A stretch of 42,707 bases of DNA from Candidatus Krumholzibacteriia bacterium (GCA_036478295.1 JAZGDW010000239.1:1-42707), one strand, 5' to 3'. Shown: positions 28,611 through 38,108, numbered from the stretch's first letter. Notes: generated by a model from the sequence alone, not told the origin. Program-made: numbers and translations.

Positions 28611-30175
28611 GCCACTTCGCCCTGGACAAAGGTGCGCCTGCGGCGCCGGTCGTAATAGATCCACAGCCAACGGCCCTGCGTACTGCGGATATAGTAGTAC
28701 TCGCGGTGAATCCTTCGCATCCACCACCCGCCCGAGATGATGTAAGGACCGATGACGCCGGGACCGGCACGGGGTCCGGTCGGCCTTGACATATCTTCAG
28801 GCGGGCGCGCCTCGATGCCAAAAAAGGGACGTCCGGTATGGTGCTGACGTCCGTGGTACTGCGGCGGGTTTGTAGGACGACCATCTCCCGTACGGTGCGA
28901 CCATGACAGCAGCGCGATGGACTTCGAAAAAATCTTCCGCACAAGACTGCGTGCCTTGACCTTGCGTGGAGATGGAAGGGGCAGTTTTTCCATCGGCTCC
29001 CATCGGTAGCGCGCCTCAGGTAGATGGCCGTCGCGAAGCGTTGCCTTCATCACCGCATGCTCTCCGAACTCGGCGCGCAGACGCGCGAACGCACGGTCGG
29101 CCGCCCGGAGATCACGCGTTGGTTCTTGCGAGAAAAGTTGCAGTTGCCTGGGTACGGCTGTGACCTCTTCGGCCTCGACGGTGATATCGACCACGCCGGA
29201 GCTGAGTGAAATGCTTTGCAGGCGGAGTTCAATGAGCTTGAGAATTTGGGTGGCATCGATGGTGGACGCGGCGGGGCGCAGCCGTTCGGTTCTTTTCTCG
29301 CCGTTGTCGAGTGTGAGCGAGAGTGAGATCGCAGCGACCGCCATGTTTTCTTCCACGAGCGAAGCCACAATCGATTCCAGCAGCGTCTCGACAACGATCA
29401 AGAGACGTGCGACGTCGTCCACGGGGTGGTCGAGCGTGGTCCCTGCCGCAAACGGTTCCCGGGGCGCGAGCGGATCGATGGGCGCATACAACTCGTTTTT
29501 GGCGAGCTTGTAGAGTGTGTGTGCCTCGGGACCGAAGCGCTTGCGAATTCCCGTTGCGGGAAGGTCGATGAATTCACCCAGTGAAGTGATGCCAAGCTGG
29601 TCGAGGGCACTTCGGAGTACGGGGTCGAAACCCAGGCGTACCAGCGGCACCGTGCGCGCGTGCTTTCGTTCCTGCGCGGCGCTGTCGAAGACGAGTATCT
29701 TTTTGCACGCCTGCGCTGCGGCGTAGGTGCCGTAACGTGTAAAGCCCACCGCTACCGTCCAGTGGTATCCGTCCCGCGCAAGCTCCGAGCCGATGAGACC
29801 CGCCCACTTTTTCATAGAGGGATAAAGCAGCGAGAGCCCGGAGGCGCCGAGCCAGAAGATTCCCGGCGCGTGCTGCGACGGTTCGACATCCGGCGTAAAG
29901 AAGCGCAGCCGCTCGGTCAGGGCGGTTATGTGTTTTTCGATCTCGGGGGCGGCAATCACACCGGCCCGAAGATCGGGTGAGAGCGAGAGGCCCTTGGCGT
30001 ACCGCATGCCCGGGAGGATGCGATAACGCGTGGCACGGGAATTCACCCACAGGATGACACCCTGCGGTGTGTCCTTGTCCACAACCGCCGCCGGGAGCGT
30101 TTTCCAATCGGGGTGCCGGCGGATGAGGAGTTGCAGGGGAAAGGCGGGCAGGTTAACACAGGCCATCCGGTCCAC
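28607..30175 (-). CDS. imuB: ImuB, Y-family DNA polymerase-like accessory protein
   Basis: Degenerate Y-family N-terminus, FTPDVE, clamp motif QLQLF, C-terminal GGWW...REYY...WIYYD; GGAGG RBS; lies between imuA and dnaE2. Confidence 0.92.
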   Translation of the reverse strand: MDRMACVNLPAFPLQLLIRRHPDWKTLPAAVVDKDTPQGVILWVNSRATRYRILPGMRYAKGLSLSPDLRAGVIAAPEIEKHITALTERLRFFTPDVEPSQHAPGIFWLGASGLSLLYPSMKKWAGLIGSELARDGYHWTVAVGFTRYGTYAAAQACKKILVFDSAAQERKHARTVPLVRLGFDPVLRSALDQLGITSLGEFIDLPATGIRKRFGPEAHTLYKLAKNELYAPIDPLAPREPFAAGTTLDHPVDDVARLLIVVETLLESIVASLVEENMAVAAISLSLTLDNGEKRTERLRPAASTIDATQILKLIELRLQSISLSSGVVDITVEAEEVTAVPRQLQLFSQEPTRDLRAADRAFARLRAEFGEHAVMKATLRDGHLPEARYRWEPMEKLPLPSPRKVKARSLVRKIFSKSIALLSWSHRTGDGRPTNPPQYHGRQHHTGRPFFGIEARPPEDMSRPTGPRAGPGVIGPYIISGGWWMRRIHREYYYIRSTQGRWLWIYYDRRRRRTFVQGEVA

Positions 30176-30848
30176 GGTACACCTCCGTATGATGCCAACC
30201 CAGTCCGTGGCGTTTGTCCCGCAGGATCTCGAGCTCCCAGGTGAACCGGTCGAACCCCGTCTTGTGTATCACCCCCTGCGCACGGAGGGAAACCAGCGGC
30301 CCCAGCGACGGGACCGCCGGTTCTTTGTGGGTGAGGCAGAGAAGTGCGGTGTGATGTTTTCGGGCCAGTGCGGCCAGGCGGGCCTGCACCGCGATGCGCA
30401 TGTCGATTTCGCTCCCGAGATCGAGCACGATAATGCCGAACCCCCCGGAGCGCAGGAGCTGTTCGCCCGCGCGTGCCGCCGACAAGAGGTGGGGTACGCG
30501 AACGACCGGCAGCGATTCGAGGTCGATGCCGCATGCCGCGAAATCGGGAGGGAAAAAGGTGGAGTCTTGCAAAGCAACCCAGGCGGCGGGCTCCCCGCGG
30601 TGCTGCGAGTCGAGGATGAGGGAAGCCGCCGCCGTCATGGAAACAGCCGGGGTAGAAATCTCGAGAAAGCGGCCCCGGAGCGTATCCAGACACCAGGCTG
30701 CGGGCGCTCGCCCGGGCACCCGAGGAGCGGCCGCTCCTCGGGAAGCCCCGGTTGCCGCATGAGCTTCTTTGTCGGTGCGCGGCAGCTGACGTACAACCTG
30801 GACGGCCGTGCCGGAGCGCTCGAGTATGATCGGGCGGGAGGAAGCCAT
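30153..30848 (-). CDS. imuA: ImuA, RecA-like accessory protein
   Basis: GRFLEIS (degenerate Walker A), GEPAAWV, FFPPDFAACGIDL, LLRSGGFGIIVLDL, ARLAALAR; position in the cassette. Confidence 0.85.
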   Translation of the reverse strand: MASSRPIILERSGTAVQVVRQLPRTDKEAHAATGASRGAAAPRVPGRAPAAWCLDTLRGRFLEISTPAVSMTAAASLILDSQHRGEPAAWVALQDSTFFPPDFAACGIDLESLPVVRVPHLLSAARAGEQLLRSGGFGIIVLDLGSEIDMRIAVQARLAALARKHHTALLCLTHKEPAVPSLGPLVSLRAQGVIHKTGFDRFTWELEILRDKRHGLGWHHTEVYRGPDGLC

Positions 30849-30878
30849 TACAAAATTCTCTTATCGCGTCAAACTCTG

Positions 30879-31499
30879 TTAAACCTGTGGAATCTCGATG
30901 TAACGTCTTATCTCGATCACTTTGCCCAGAATGATCAATTCATCCGGGTCGGGAATGATCGGCTTGAATTCGGGATTTTCCGGGTGGAGCTCGATCCGGT
31001 TCTTCTTGATGCGGAGCCGTTTGACCGTCGCTTCATCACCCAACAGGGCCACGACCACATCACCCGAGTCCGCCGTCGGCTGGTGGCGGACAATGGCGAT
31101 ATCGCCGGGCATGATCCCCGCACCGGTCATGCTTTCCCCCTGGACGGTGAGGGCGAAAAGATCGCCCGCACCCCGGGATTGCACGGGTACATAGCCCTCG
31201 ATGTCTTCCACCGCCGTTGTCGGGTCACCCGCCTCCACTCTCCCCAGGAGGGGAATCGGAAGGACCACAGGGATCTTTTCGAGGCCGGGCAGGGAGTACC
31301 CCCGGGCTTTGCCCTTCCTTTTGGCCAGACGCCCCTCCTTGACCAGCTGCTCCAGGTGCTCTCGTGCTGTTTCCACAGCCTTGAAGCAAAAGGCGTCCCG
31401 TACCTCACGCACGGTCGGTGGCAGTCCTTCGAGCAGGCGCTTGCGCACGAACCGGTAGATTCGCTCGCGGGTCTGGCCTTTTGGGGTCCGGGGTGACAT
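30879..31499 (-). CDS. lexA: Transcriptional repressor LexA
   Basis: wHTH PPTVRE...HLEQL..GRL; cleavage site LGRVEAG; catalytic GESM (Ser) and ATVKR (Lys); 206 aa from ATG 31499. Confidence 0.95.
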   Translation of the reverse strand: MSPRTPKGQTRERIYRFVRKRLLEGLPPTVREVRDAFCFKAVETAREHLEQLVKEGRLAKRKGKARGYSLPGLEKIPVVLPIPLLGRVEAGDPTTAVEDIEGYVPVQSRGAGDLFALTVQGESMTGAGIMPGDIAIVRHQPTADSGDVVVALLGDEATVKRLRIKKNRIELHPENPEFKPIIPDPDELIILGKVIEIRRYIEIPQV

Positions 31500-31505
31500 A
31501 TTGGT

Positions 31506-31535
31506 ATCATACCAGACATTTGTCTGGTATGTCAA
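31506..31535 (-). promoter_or_regulatory. lexA promoter containing a perfect palindromic operator (candidate SOS box)
   Basis: Minus strand TTGACA-N18-TATGAT with extended -10 TG; perfect inverted repeat CATACCAGACA-TT-TGTCTGGTATG at 31508..31531. Confidence 0.85.
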
Positions 31536-32178
31536 GGGAAAATTACGGGAATTTTTAGGGACCGCCTGCGAACCCCGAGGGGGCTTCTATACAGCCGCGA
31601 CCACCGCAAGGCCATCAATTTTGCGAAGTCACCGTCCGATTCGGTACTGCGCAGGAACACTAGTACGGAGGACTTCCGCTCCTAGGGGGTAGGTGTCTCG
31701 GCTCTTTTCGGGGTCGAGTGGTTCGTCAAACGAAGCTTGAGCATTCATGCCGAGTACACCTCGTGGGTACAGGTCACCTGGTCGAGCAGTGAACTGGTTC
31801 GCCAGTCGTCGGGCGGCAGCCTAAGGCGAGACGAGCGAGACTCGACCGGATGGGATGTCCGGTCGGGGTCGGTCAAGTTCGGACTGAGGCCTACTTTTAG
31901 GCGTTTCTTATAAACCAGGTTCTTTCTCACGGTAGCGCACTGTCTCCACCCGATATGCAGCGGGTGCCGGCATCCAGTGGTCCGGCCTTCTCGCAACGTC
32001 CATGAGCCCTGTCAAAAAGGTTGCGGAACGGCAGGGATGGTTTGATATTTGCAACCCTCTCGCCGGCAACGCTCTATCGAGACTTCAGAATACAATCGAA
32101 GTGTTACTCGTAACCTGTTGCAAACATGAGCCGCACCGTCTCGATAGGGATACAATCATACGACTCGGGAGGCAAGCC

Positions 32179-32769
32179 ATGCGCAAAGCCCATGTCATTG
32201 GACTGGCATTTTTAGTTCTCGCTGTACAATTTGTAGCCGCTCCGGCGCTCGCGGGTAACCACGCCCATGCGCGGGACGGGTTCTATCTCGGGCTCGGCCT
32301 CGGTTGGGGAAACGCCGGTGCGGAGGTCCAGGGTCTCAACCCGGACCGCGCGAACAGCGGGTCGGGTAACTTCAGGCTCGGATGGGCCGTCAACGAGCGG
32401 GTCACCGTCGGCCTGGAGAATACCACGTGGATCAAGGATTACGATATCTCCGGAACCGGTGCGAACCTCGAACTGACCGGCACGGTTACCACGTTTGCGG
32501 TCACGGTATTTCCGCACAACATCGGTTTCTACCTGCGAGGCGGTATCGGCGTGGCGACGGGTTCCGCCAAGATAACGAGCGGCAACTTCACGTTCGACGA
32601 CACCGAAACCGGCTTCGGTGCGCTGGCGTCGTTCGGCTACGAGTGGCGGCTCACGCCAAAGTTCGCATTGGGACCCCAGTTTCAGTACGCCTACCTGAAC
32701 ATCGACGGCGACGGCACGGAGAGCGTTGACTTCGTCTCGCTGACCGCACAGGCGACCTGGTACTGGTAA
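32179..32769 (+). CDS. Outer membrane beta-barrel protein
   Basis: GGGAGG RBS; signal peptide ending ALA; GFYLGLGLGWG, FYLRGGIG, FGYEWRL; C-terminal ATWYW. Confidence 0.85.
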   Translation: MRKAHVIGLAFLVLAVQFVAAPALAGNHAHARDGFYLGLGLGWGNAGAEVQGLNPDRANSGSGNFRLGWAVNERVTVGLENTTWIKDYDISGTGANLELTGTVTTFAVTVFPHNIGFYLRGGIGVATGSAKITSGNFTFDDTETGFGALASFGYEWRLTPKFALGPQFQYAYLNIDGDGTESVDFVSLTAQATWYW

Positions 32770-32792
32770 ACCCCATGACACCCAGGCAAGCG

Positions 32793-32831
32793 ATGACCGG
32801 CCCGCCGTACGAGTGGGCCGGTCATTTTTTT
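32793..32831 (+). terminator. Rho-independent terminator
   Basis: ATGACCGGCCC...GGGCCGGTCAT 11-bp stem followed by a T run, 23 nt after the OMP stop. Confidence 0.85.
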
Positions 32832-32869
32832 ATCACGTCTCTTCGGAACACGCCGCCCGCAGGTATGGG

Positions 32870-33316
32870 TCACAGGTGTCGCTTGGGTATCCGCTGGAGG
32901 TCCGTTTCGTCGTTCCACACCAGTGCGGTGATGCGCCACACGCCGCTGGCCTTGATGAACTGGATGCTGTTGACGCCCCGGGCCAGGATATGGGACGGGT
33001 CCGGACCGATTGTGGCTTCGTAACTGCTCAAGCGGTGCGCGATTCTGGAGAAGATCTCCGTCTTGCCTGCGATCTCCGCTTCTTGCAGGGCCTCGAGCGA
33101 GCCGTTGGATATCTGCAGGTGGATCGCCTCGATAAACTGGTCGACGCTCATGATGGCCGGACTGTCGTCGCTGTTGTTGATGAGGATCCCCTCGGGAATG
33201 AACAGTCGCCTCAGCTGTTCGAGATCGGGGACACCGCCTTTTTCGAAACAAACGCTCGCGTAAAGGGATTCCGTTACTCGGTCGATGGCATGGAGTTCGT
33301 CCACATCTTCAGCCAT
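32870..33316 (-). CDS. Hypothetical protein, NTF2/SnoaL-like fold
   Basis: AGGAGG RBS; LRRLFIPEG, TEIFSRIAHRLSSYE, RGVNSIQF...WRITALVW pattern typical of NTF2-like proteins. Confidence 0.75.
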   Translation of the reverse strand: MAEDVDELHAIDRVTESLYASVCFEKGGVPDLEQLRRLFIPEGILINNSDDSPAIMSVDQFIEAIHLQISNGSLEALQEAEIAGKTEIFSRIAHRLSSYEATIGPDPSHILARGVNSIQFIKASGVWRITALVWNDETDLQRIPKRHL

Positions 33317-33394
33317 GGTAAAACCTCCTGTTGCGGGGCATGCCAGTCCGGCTCACCGCCTGTGGGACCGCCCGCCGGGGCACGTCGCTCACTC

Positions 33395-34261
33395 TCATGC
33401 TCGCGTCTCCTCGAGGGACGCCGCATCGACAAGGTCGAGGCCGATATCCGCCGGTGTCAGCACACGCAGGCTCGCCCCGTACTGGCTGGCGTCGATGGCG
33501 CGCTGAATGTCCGCGGCGGCGGCTGCGGGAAACTTCGTCCCGTCGAGCATAATGGCAACCAGGTGAAACTCGCAAGAACGTCCGGTGATAACCGCGTAGC
33601 GGTCGGCCGCCTCTTCCAGCTGACGTACCTTGTCGATCAGGTGGGAAGTTGGCACCCGTTTCCTGACGTACTTGAATTCAAAGAGCTTGTCCGAGGCGCG
33701 GCCGTTCCCCTGGATAATGCCTTCGATTTCCACCGAGAACCCGTTGAACGAGAATCGCACGTGCGTCTCGACGGCCCCTCCGAAAATCTCCGAGAGCTTT
33801 TTCGCCGCCAGCTGCTCGACGGCGGCCCGGAAGGTCGCCTGGCTCATACGCCGCGGTGAGCGGCGCTCCCGCCTGCTCCTGGGGCGAGCCCGCGCCTTTT
33901 GATCGGCGAAGCCGTGGTGTCCGTTCGCTTCTATCTTGCGCTGGGCCTCTTCCGGAGAGAGGAGTTCTTTCTTGTACTCGAAGTAGGGTTTGTTGCCGCG
34001 GATGATGGCGGCGAGGTTTTGCAGAAAATCGAGTTCGGTCACCGCCGTGGCGACGATAAAGAGCGCGACCATATACGTGCCCCAGTGGTGCGAGAAGCAC
34101 GCCAGCGAGGCAACCGACAGGATCGCGAACATCTTGGTCGCGTGTGCCCGCCCGCGCGTGCGAATCGACAACACGGCCAGCCCGACCGCCGCCAGGGCCG
34201 TCACGCCGCCGATCAACTCGACGAAGCTGGTTGGAAAGTACCTGTCCATATCCTGCTCCAT
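33395..34261 (-). CDS. Hypothetical membrane protein with possible PD-(D/E)xK-like C-terminal domain
   Basis: 2-3 N-terminal TM helices; C-terminal E...VETHVRF...EIEGII...FEFKYV. Start is ATG 34261 or 34249. Confidence 0.65.
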   Translation of the reverse strand: MEQDMDRYFPTSFVELIGGVTALAAVGLAVLSIRTRGRAHATKMFAILSVASLACFSHHWGTYMVALFIVATAVTELDFLQNLAAIIRGNKPYFEYKKELLSPEEAQRKIEANGHHGFADQKARARPRSRRERRSPRRMSQATFRAAVEQLAAKKLSEIFGGAVETHVRFSFNGFSVEIEGIIQGNGRASDKLFEFKYVRKRVPTSHLIDKVRQLEEAADRYAVITGRSCEFHLVAIMLDGTKFPAAAAADIQRAIDASQYGASLRVLTPADIGLDLVDAASLEETRA

Positions 34262-34505
34262 AGTATGACTTCGCCTCCGCACGGCGCTCGCCACGCGTAA
34301 ACCCAGCCCCGGTGCCTTCCCAGGCGCCGCAATGTGCGAAACTGAGGGGCTCCGAGGTAAGTGCAATCCACTTTTCAGCTTGTACCTCGAGAAGGCAGCA
34401 TAAACTGCACCCAGCGACAGCTCCAGTGGCCACACAAGGCCTGGTGTCGCAGGAGGCCCGGGGGCGGACATTCTAAAAGTGCTTTACAGGGATGGGCGAT
34501 CTGTT

Positions 34506-34534
34506 TTGACACGCGTTAAGTCCGGTGTTAAACT
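34506..34534 (+). promoter_or_regulatory. Putative sigma70 promoter of the kinase gene
   Basis: TTGACA-N17-TAAACT with extended -10 TG. Confidence 0.65.
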
Positions 34535-34600
34535 CTAAGTAGCATCTCTCCGAACAACATCTGCGGGCGGCGGTGACTCCGACTCGGCAACGGTGGCCTT

Positions 34601-37156
34601 ATGATCGGGCAGACTATCTCGCATTACAAGATCGTCGAGAAACTCGGCGGGGGCGGCATGGGCGTTGTCTACAAGGCGTGGGACAACCGCCTCAAACGCG
34701 ATGTTGCCCTCAAGTTCCTGCCGCCCGAAATGACCCGCGACGAGGAGTTCAAGACCCGTTTCCGGCACGAGGCTCAGGCAGCCTCCGCCCTGGATCACCC
34801 GAACATCTGCAACATCCACGAAATCGACGAAACCCCCCAGGGTCGTATGTTCATCTGCATGGCCCACTACAAGGGCGAAACCCTGAAGAAGAAAATCGCA
34901 CGCGGCCACTTGTCCACGGACGAGGTGGCGCACACGATAGACCAGGTCGCGCGGGGATTGGCCGAGGCACACCGGCACGGCATCGTCCATCGCGACATAA
35001 AGCCCGCGAACGTGATGATAACGGACAAGGGCAGGGTGAAGATCGTCGATTTTGGCCTGGCCACGCAAAGTGGCACCTCCAGAATCACACGGACGGGGCG
35101 CACATTGGGTACGCTGGTGTACATGTCGCCGGAGCAGGCGCGCGGTGATGCGATCGACGAGCGCACGGACATTTTTTCGCTGGGCGTCGTGTGGTACGAA
35201 ATGCTCACGGGAACGATTCCCTTCGAAGGCGACCACGAAGCAGCCGTGCTCTACGGGATCATGCACAAGAACCCCGAGCCGCTCTCGACATACCGCAGTG
35301 ACATCCCCGCGGGCCTGCAAGAACTAATGGACAAGGCACTGCACAAGGAAGTGGACAAACGCTACCAGACGATGACCGAGCTGCGCGAGGACCTGCACAG
35401 ACTGATGGGGGGACCATCGGGCGGCCGCTCGCTTGTCCGGCGGGAGTGGTACCGGAGGGTCCGTTCCCCGCTGGCGATAGCGGCCGCTGTGGTGATTCTC
35501 CTCGCGTTGAGTCCGATGCTCCGGAACGCCGTACAGGAACTGTTCACACGGGCGCCGGACCAGAAACACATCGCCGTGCTGCCGTTCGAGAACATGGGGC
35601 CGGTAAACGAGGCTTTCAGCGCCGGCCTGGTGGAAACCCTGACCAGCAAGCTCACCCAGCTGGAACGGTTTCACGAATCGCTGTGGGTAATACCAGCCAG
35701 CGAGGTGCGCCACTGGCAGGTGGCCAGTCCCAGCGAGGCCCGGCGCCTCTTCGCCGTGAACCTGGTGTTTACCGGGAGTATCCAGCAGCTCGGGGACAGC
35801 TACCGGCTCACCCTGAACCTGATCGAGGTGGGCAAGAAAACGCCGAGACAGTTGAGCTCGGCGGTAATCGACGAACCGCTGACCAACGTCTCGGCATTGC
35901 AGGATAACACGGTGATCAAGGCGGCCGGCCTGCTGAATCTCGAACTGGGTCCGGAAACACAAAGGCTGCTCACCGAGGGTGGCACGGTCATGGCGGCGGC
36001 AAACGATTACTACCTGCAGGGTCTCGGGTACCTCCAGCGCTACCAAAAAGTCGACAACCTGGACCACGCTGTCTCCTTGTTCGAGCGAGCGATCAAAGAA
36101 GATTCTCTCTACGCGCTGGCGTATGCCGGTCTGGGAGAGGCGTACTGGCGAAAATACCGGTATTCGATGGACACGCGGTGGGTGGAGCCGGCGGTGAGGA
36201 ACGGTGAGCGTGCCGTCGAGTTGAACGATCTGTTGGCGCCCGTGCATGTGACCGCAGGAGTGATCTACAAAGGGACGGGCAACGATGAACGAGCAGTTGA
36301 AGCGTTCCAGTACGCGCTCGCGCTCGATCCCTCCAGTGCCGAGGCCCATCGCGGCCTGGCGTCTGCGTACGAGAATCTGCAGCGGTTGGCCGAGGCGGAA
36401 TCGACCTATCAAAAAGCCATTGAATTGAAGCCCGGCTATTGGGGCGGCCACGACGACCTGGGGATCTTCTACCATTCCAGAGGACGTTATGACGATGCGT
36501 TGGTGGCGATGAACCGCGTTGTAGCCCTCGCACCCGACAACAGCCGGGGATACAATATGCTGGGTGCGATTTACTACGCCCAGGAGCGTTGGCAGGAGGC
36601 GCGAGAGATGTGGGAGCAAGCCGCCCAAATCGAACCGGACTATCGAGTCTACTCGAACCTGGGAATTCTTCACTACATCGAGGGGCGCTACGTCGCCGCG
36701 GCGGCGAGCACCGAGAAGGCGCTCGCGCTCAACAACACCAGTTACGTCACCTGGGCGAACCTGGCAAACGCCCAATACTGGAGGCCGGGTAAGCGGAGCG
36801 AAGCTCTTGCCACTTATCGCCATGCCGCGGAAATGGCCGAAGAGAACAGGGCGATAAATCCGCGAGACCCGGAATTGCTGGCGTCGTTGGCCGGGTACTA
36901 CGTGGTGCTCGAAGAAGGCCCAAAGGCATTATCGATGTTGCAGGAGGCGTTCAAGATTGCACCGAGCAACTGGTGGGTGTTATACAACTACGGTTTTGCA
37001 TACGAACAGCTGGGCGACAGGGGAAAAGCACTGGAATGGATTGAAAAGGCACTGGATGCCGGTTATCCGATGAAAGAAGTGGAACGTGACCCGTTCCTCG
37101 TGGATCTGCGGACGGATGCCCGCTTCGAGGAGCTGGCGACGAGGCGCCGCGGTTAG
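34601..37156 (+). CDS. Hanks-type Ser/Thr protein kinase with TM helix, TolB-N-like domain and TPR repeats
   Basis: LGGGGMGVVY, VALK, HRDIKPAN, DFG, YMSPEQ; TM LAIAAAVVILLAL; IAVLPFEN; multiple TPRs; ends DP.LVDLRTDARF. Confidence 0.95.
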   Translation: MIGQTISHYKIVEKLGGGGMGVVYKAWDNRLKRDVALKFLPPEMTRDEEFKTRFRHEAQAASALDHPNICNIHEIDETPQGRMFICMAHYKGETLKKKIARGHLSTDEVAHTIDQVARGLAEAHRHGIVHRDIKPANVMITDKGRVKIVDFGLATQSGTSRITRTGRTLGTLVYMSPEQARGDAIDERTDIFSLGVVWYEMLTGTIPFEGDHEAAVLYGIMHKNPEPLSTYRSDIPAGLQELMDKALHKEVDKRYQTMTELREDLHRLMGGPSGGRSLVRREWYRRVRSPLAIAAAVVILLALSPMLRNAVQELFTRAPDQKHIAVLPFENMGPVNEAFSAGLVETLTSKLTQLERFHESLWVIPASEVRHWQVASPSEARRLFAVNLVFTGSIQQLGDSYRLTLNLIEVGKKTPRQLSSAVIDEPLTNVSALQDNTVIKAAGLLNLELGPETQRLLTEGGTVMAAANDYYLQGLGYLQRYQKVDNLDHAVSLFERAIKEDSLYALAYAGLGEAYWRKYRYSMDTRWVEPAVRNGERAVELNDLLAPVHVTAGVIYKGTGNDERAVEAFQYALALDPSSAEAHRGLASAYENLQRLAEAESTYQKAIELKPGYWGGHDDLGIFYHSRGRYDDALVAMNRVVALAPDNSRGYNMLGAIYYAQERWQEAREMWEQAAQIEPDYRVYSNLGILHYIEGRYVAAAASTEKALALNNTSYVTWANLANAQYWRPGKRSEALATYRHAAEMAEENRAINPRDPELLASLAGYYVVLEEGPKALSMLQEAFKIAPSNWWVLYNYGFAYEQLGDRGKALEWIEKALDAGYPMKEVERDPFLVDLRTDARFEELATRRRG

Positions 37157-37224
37157 CCATAACGCGGACCGCGCTGAGCATTAACCCGAGCGACGAGGAC
37201 AGCTCGGAAAGGAGGGTTTTCATC

Positions 37225-37599
37225 ATGGAGAACCCGGAAAAACCAACCCCGAAGAACCATAGTGTCAGCGTGTACCTGGAAGGTGATACCTGGAAAGTGA
37301 GCCGTCCCGACAACGGCAGGGTACACCTCCATGACACGGTGACGTGGAACGTCGTTCAGGAGGGAGTGACGGCCCACCTGCAGTTCACCGACGCGCTTCC
37401 CGAGCACAAAGATCAGTGCATCTTTGACGGTGTGGATACCGATTGGCAGAGGAACGTCGAGTCGGGTGCGCCCGTAACCCTCACTCTGAGAAAGGGCGTT
37501 CCACGCGGATCGTATCACTATGCGGCATGGATCACGCCCGCGGGTCAATGGGCCATCGGCGATAATCCACCGCCGCAGATCGATACCGATAGACCGTAG
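37225..37599 (+). CDS. Hypothetical beta-rich protein (possibly cupredoxin/Ig-like)
   Basis: AGGAGG RBS; 124 aa; DTVTW, GSYHY, ends NPPPQIDTDRP; host-like codon usage. Confidence 0.65.
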   Translation: MENPEKPTPKNHSVSVYLEGDTWKVSRPDNGRVHLHDTVTWNVVQEGVTAHLQFTDALPEHKDQCIFDGVDTDWQRNVESGAPVTLTLRKGVPRGSYHYAAWITPAGQWAIGDNPPPQIDTDRP

Positions 37600-37855
37600 G
37601 CAATCTTCCCGGAGCGTAAGGACGCGCCGACACCCCGCCCCGGTGAACGACGGCCGGCGACGACTTCCTTGCGCCGCCGCTTCTTGCCGCTACTACACGC
37701 GCACTTCGCGCCGCCGCCCCTGCTACGGGCGGTCGGTGGGGACCGATGTGCGCGGGGCTGCTAACTTGATAAATCTCAATAAAATAAGCCGAACGAAATA
37801 CGTGCCGGGTGTTATATTTAACCAGGTTACGAAATATTTTTCGGTAGTCTGATAA

Positions 37856-38040
37856 CAGAGTCACAGGAGAGATCCGCCCCACGGGCGGGCGCCGAAGGGG
37901 CAAGGTCGCCAGCGGCCGAAACTCTCAGGCAAAAGGACTGGACTCTGGTGTCTCCTGGAAAGATCCGGGGCATTGGCCTGGGCACCGACGGGGTAAGCCC
38001 TACGGGCGTAGGGTAATCTCTCAGGTAAACGAGACAGGGG
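37856..38040 (+). ncRNA. Tandem glycine riboswitch
   Basis: Aptamer 1 (about 37856-37947): GGAGAG...CGCCGAAGGGGCAA...AACTCTCAGGCAAAAGGAC, closed by CAGAGTC/GACTCTG. Aptamer 2 (about 37952-38040): CTGGAAAG...CACCGACGGGGTAA...AATCTCTCAGGT...GACAGGGG. Confidence 0.93.
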
Positions 38041-38072
38041 CAGAATGTAGGTAGTTCTGTCGCTGTTTTTTT
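38034..38072 (+). terminator. Riboswitch expression-platform terminator
   Basis: ACAGGGGCAGAA / TTCTGTCGCTGT stem (one mismatch, one G-U) followed by a T run; the 5' arm is the 3' strand of aptamer 2 P1. Confidence 0.7.
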
Positions 38073-38108
38073 ATTGGAGGAACAGGGCTGACAAGGGAGG
38101 GTGCGAGC

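Noticed and set aside
30030..31496. 488-aa plus-strand ORF
   Set aside because: Antisense to lexA/imuA/imuB, which carry clear family motifs.
31560..32000. Long intergenic region with a hairpin near 31840-31870 and short ORFs
   Set aside because: No recognisable ncRNA, tRNA or IS-end signature; a single GC-rich hairpin is not enough evidence.
32813..33859. 348-aa plus-strand ORF
   Set aside because: Antisense to two better-supported minus-strand genes, and it starts inside a terminator.
35324..36823. 499-aa minus-strand ORF
   Set aside because: Antisense shadow of the kinase-TPR gene; no motifs; long shadow ORFs are expected at high GC.
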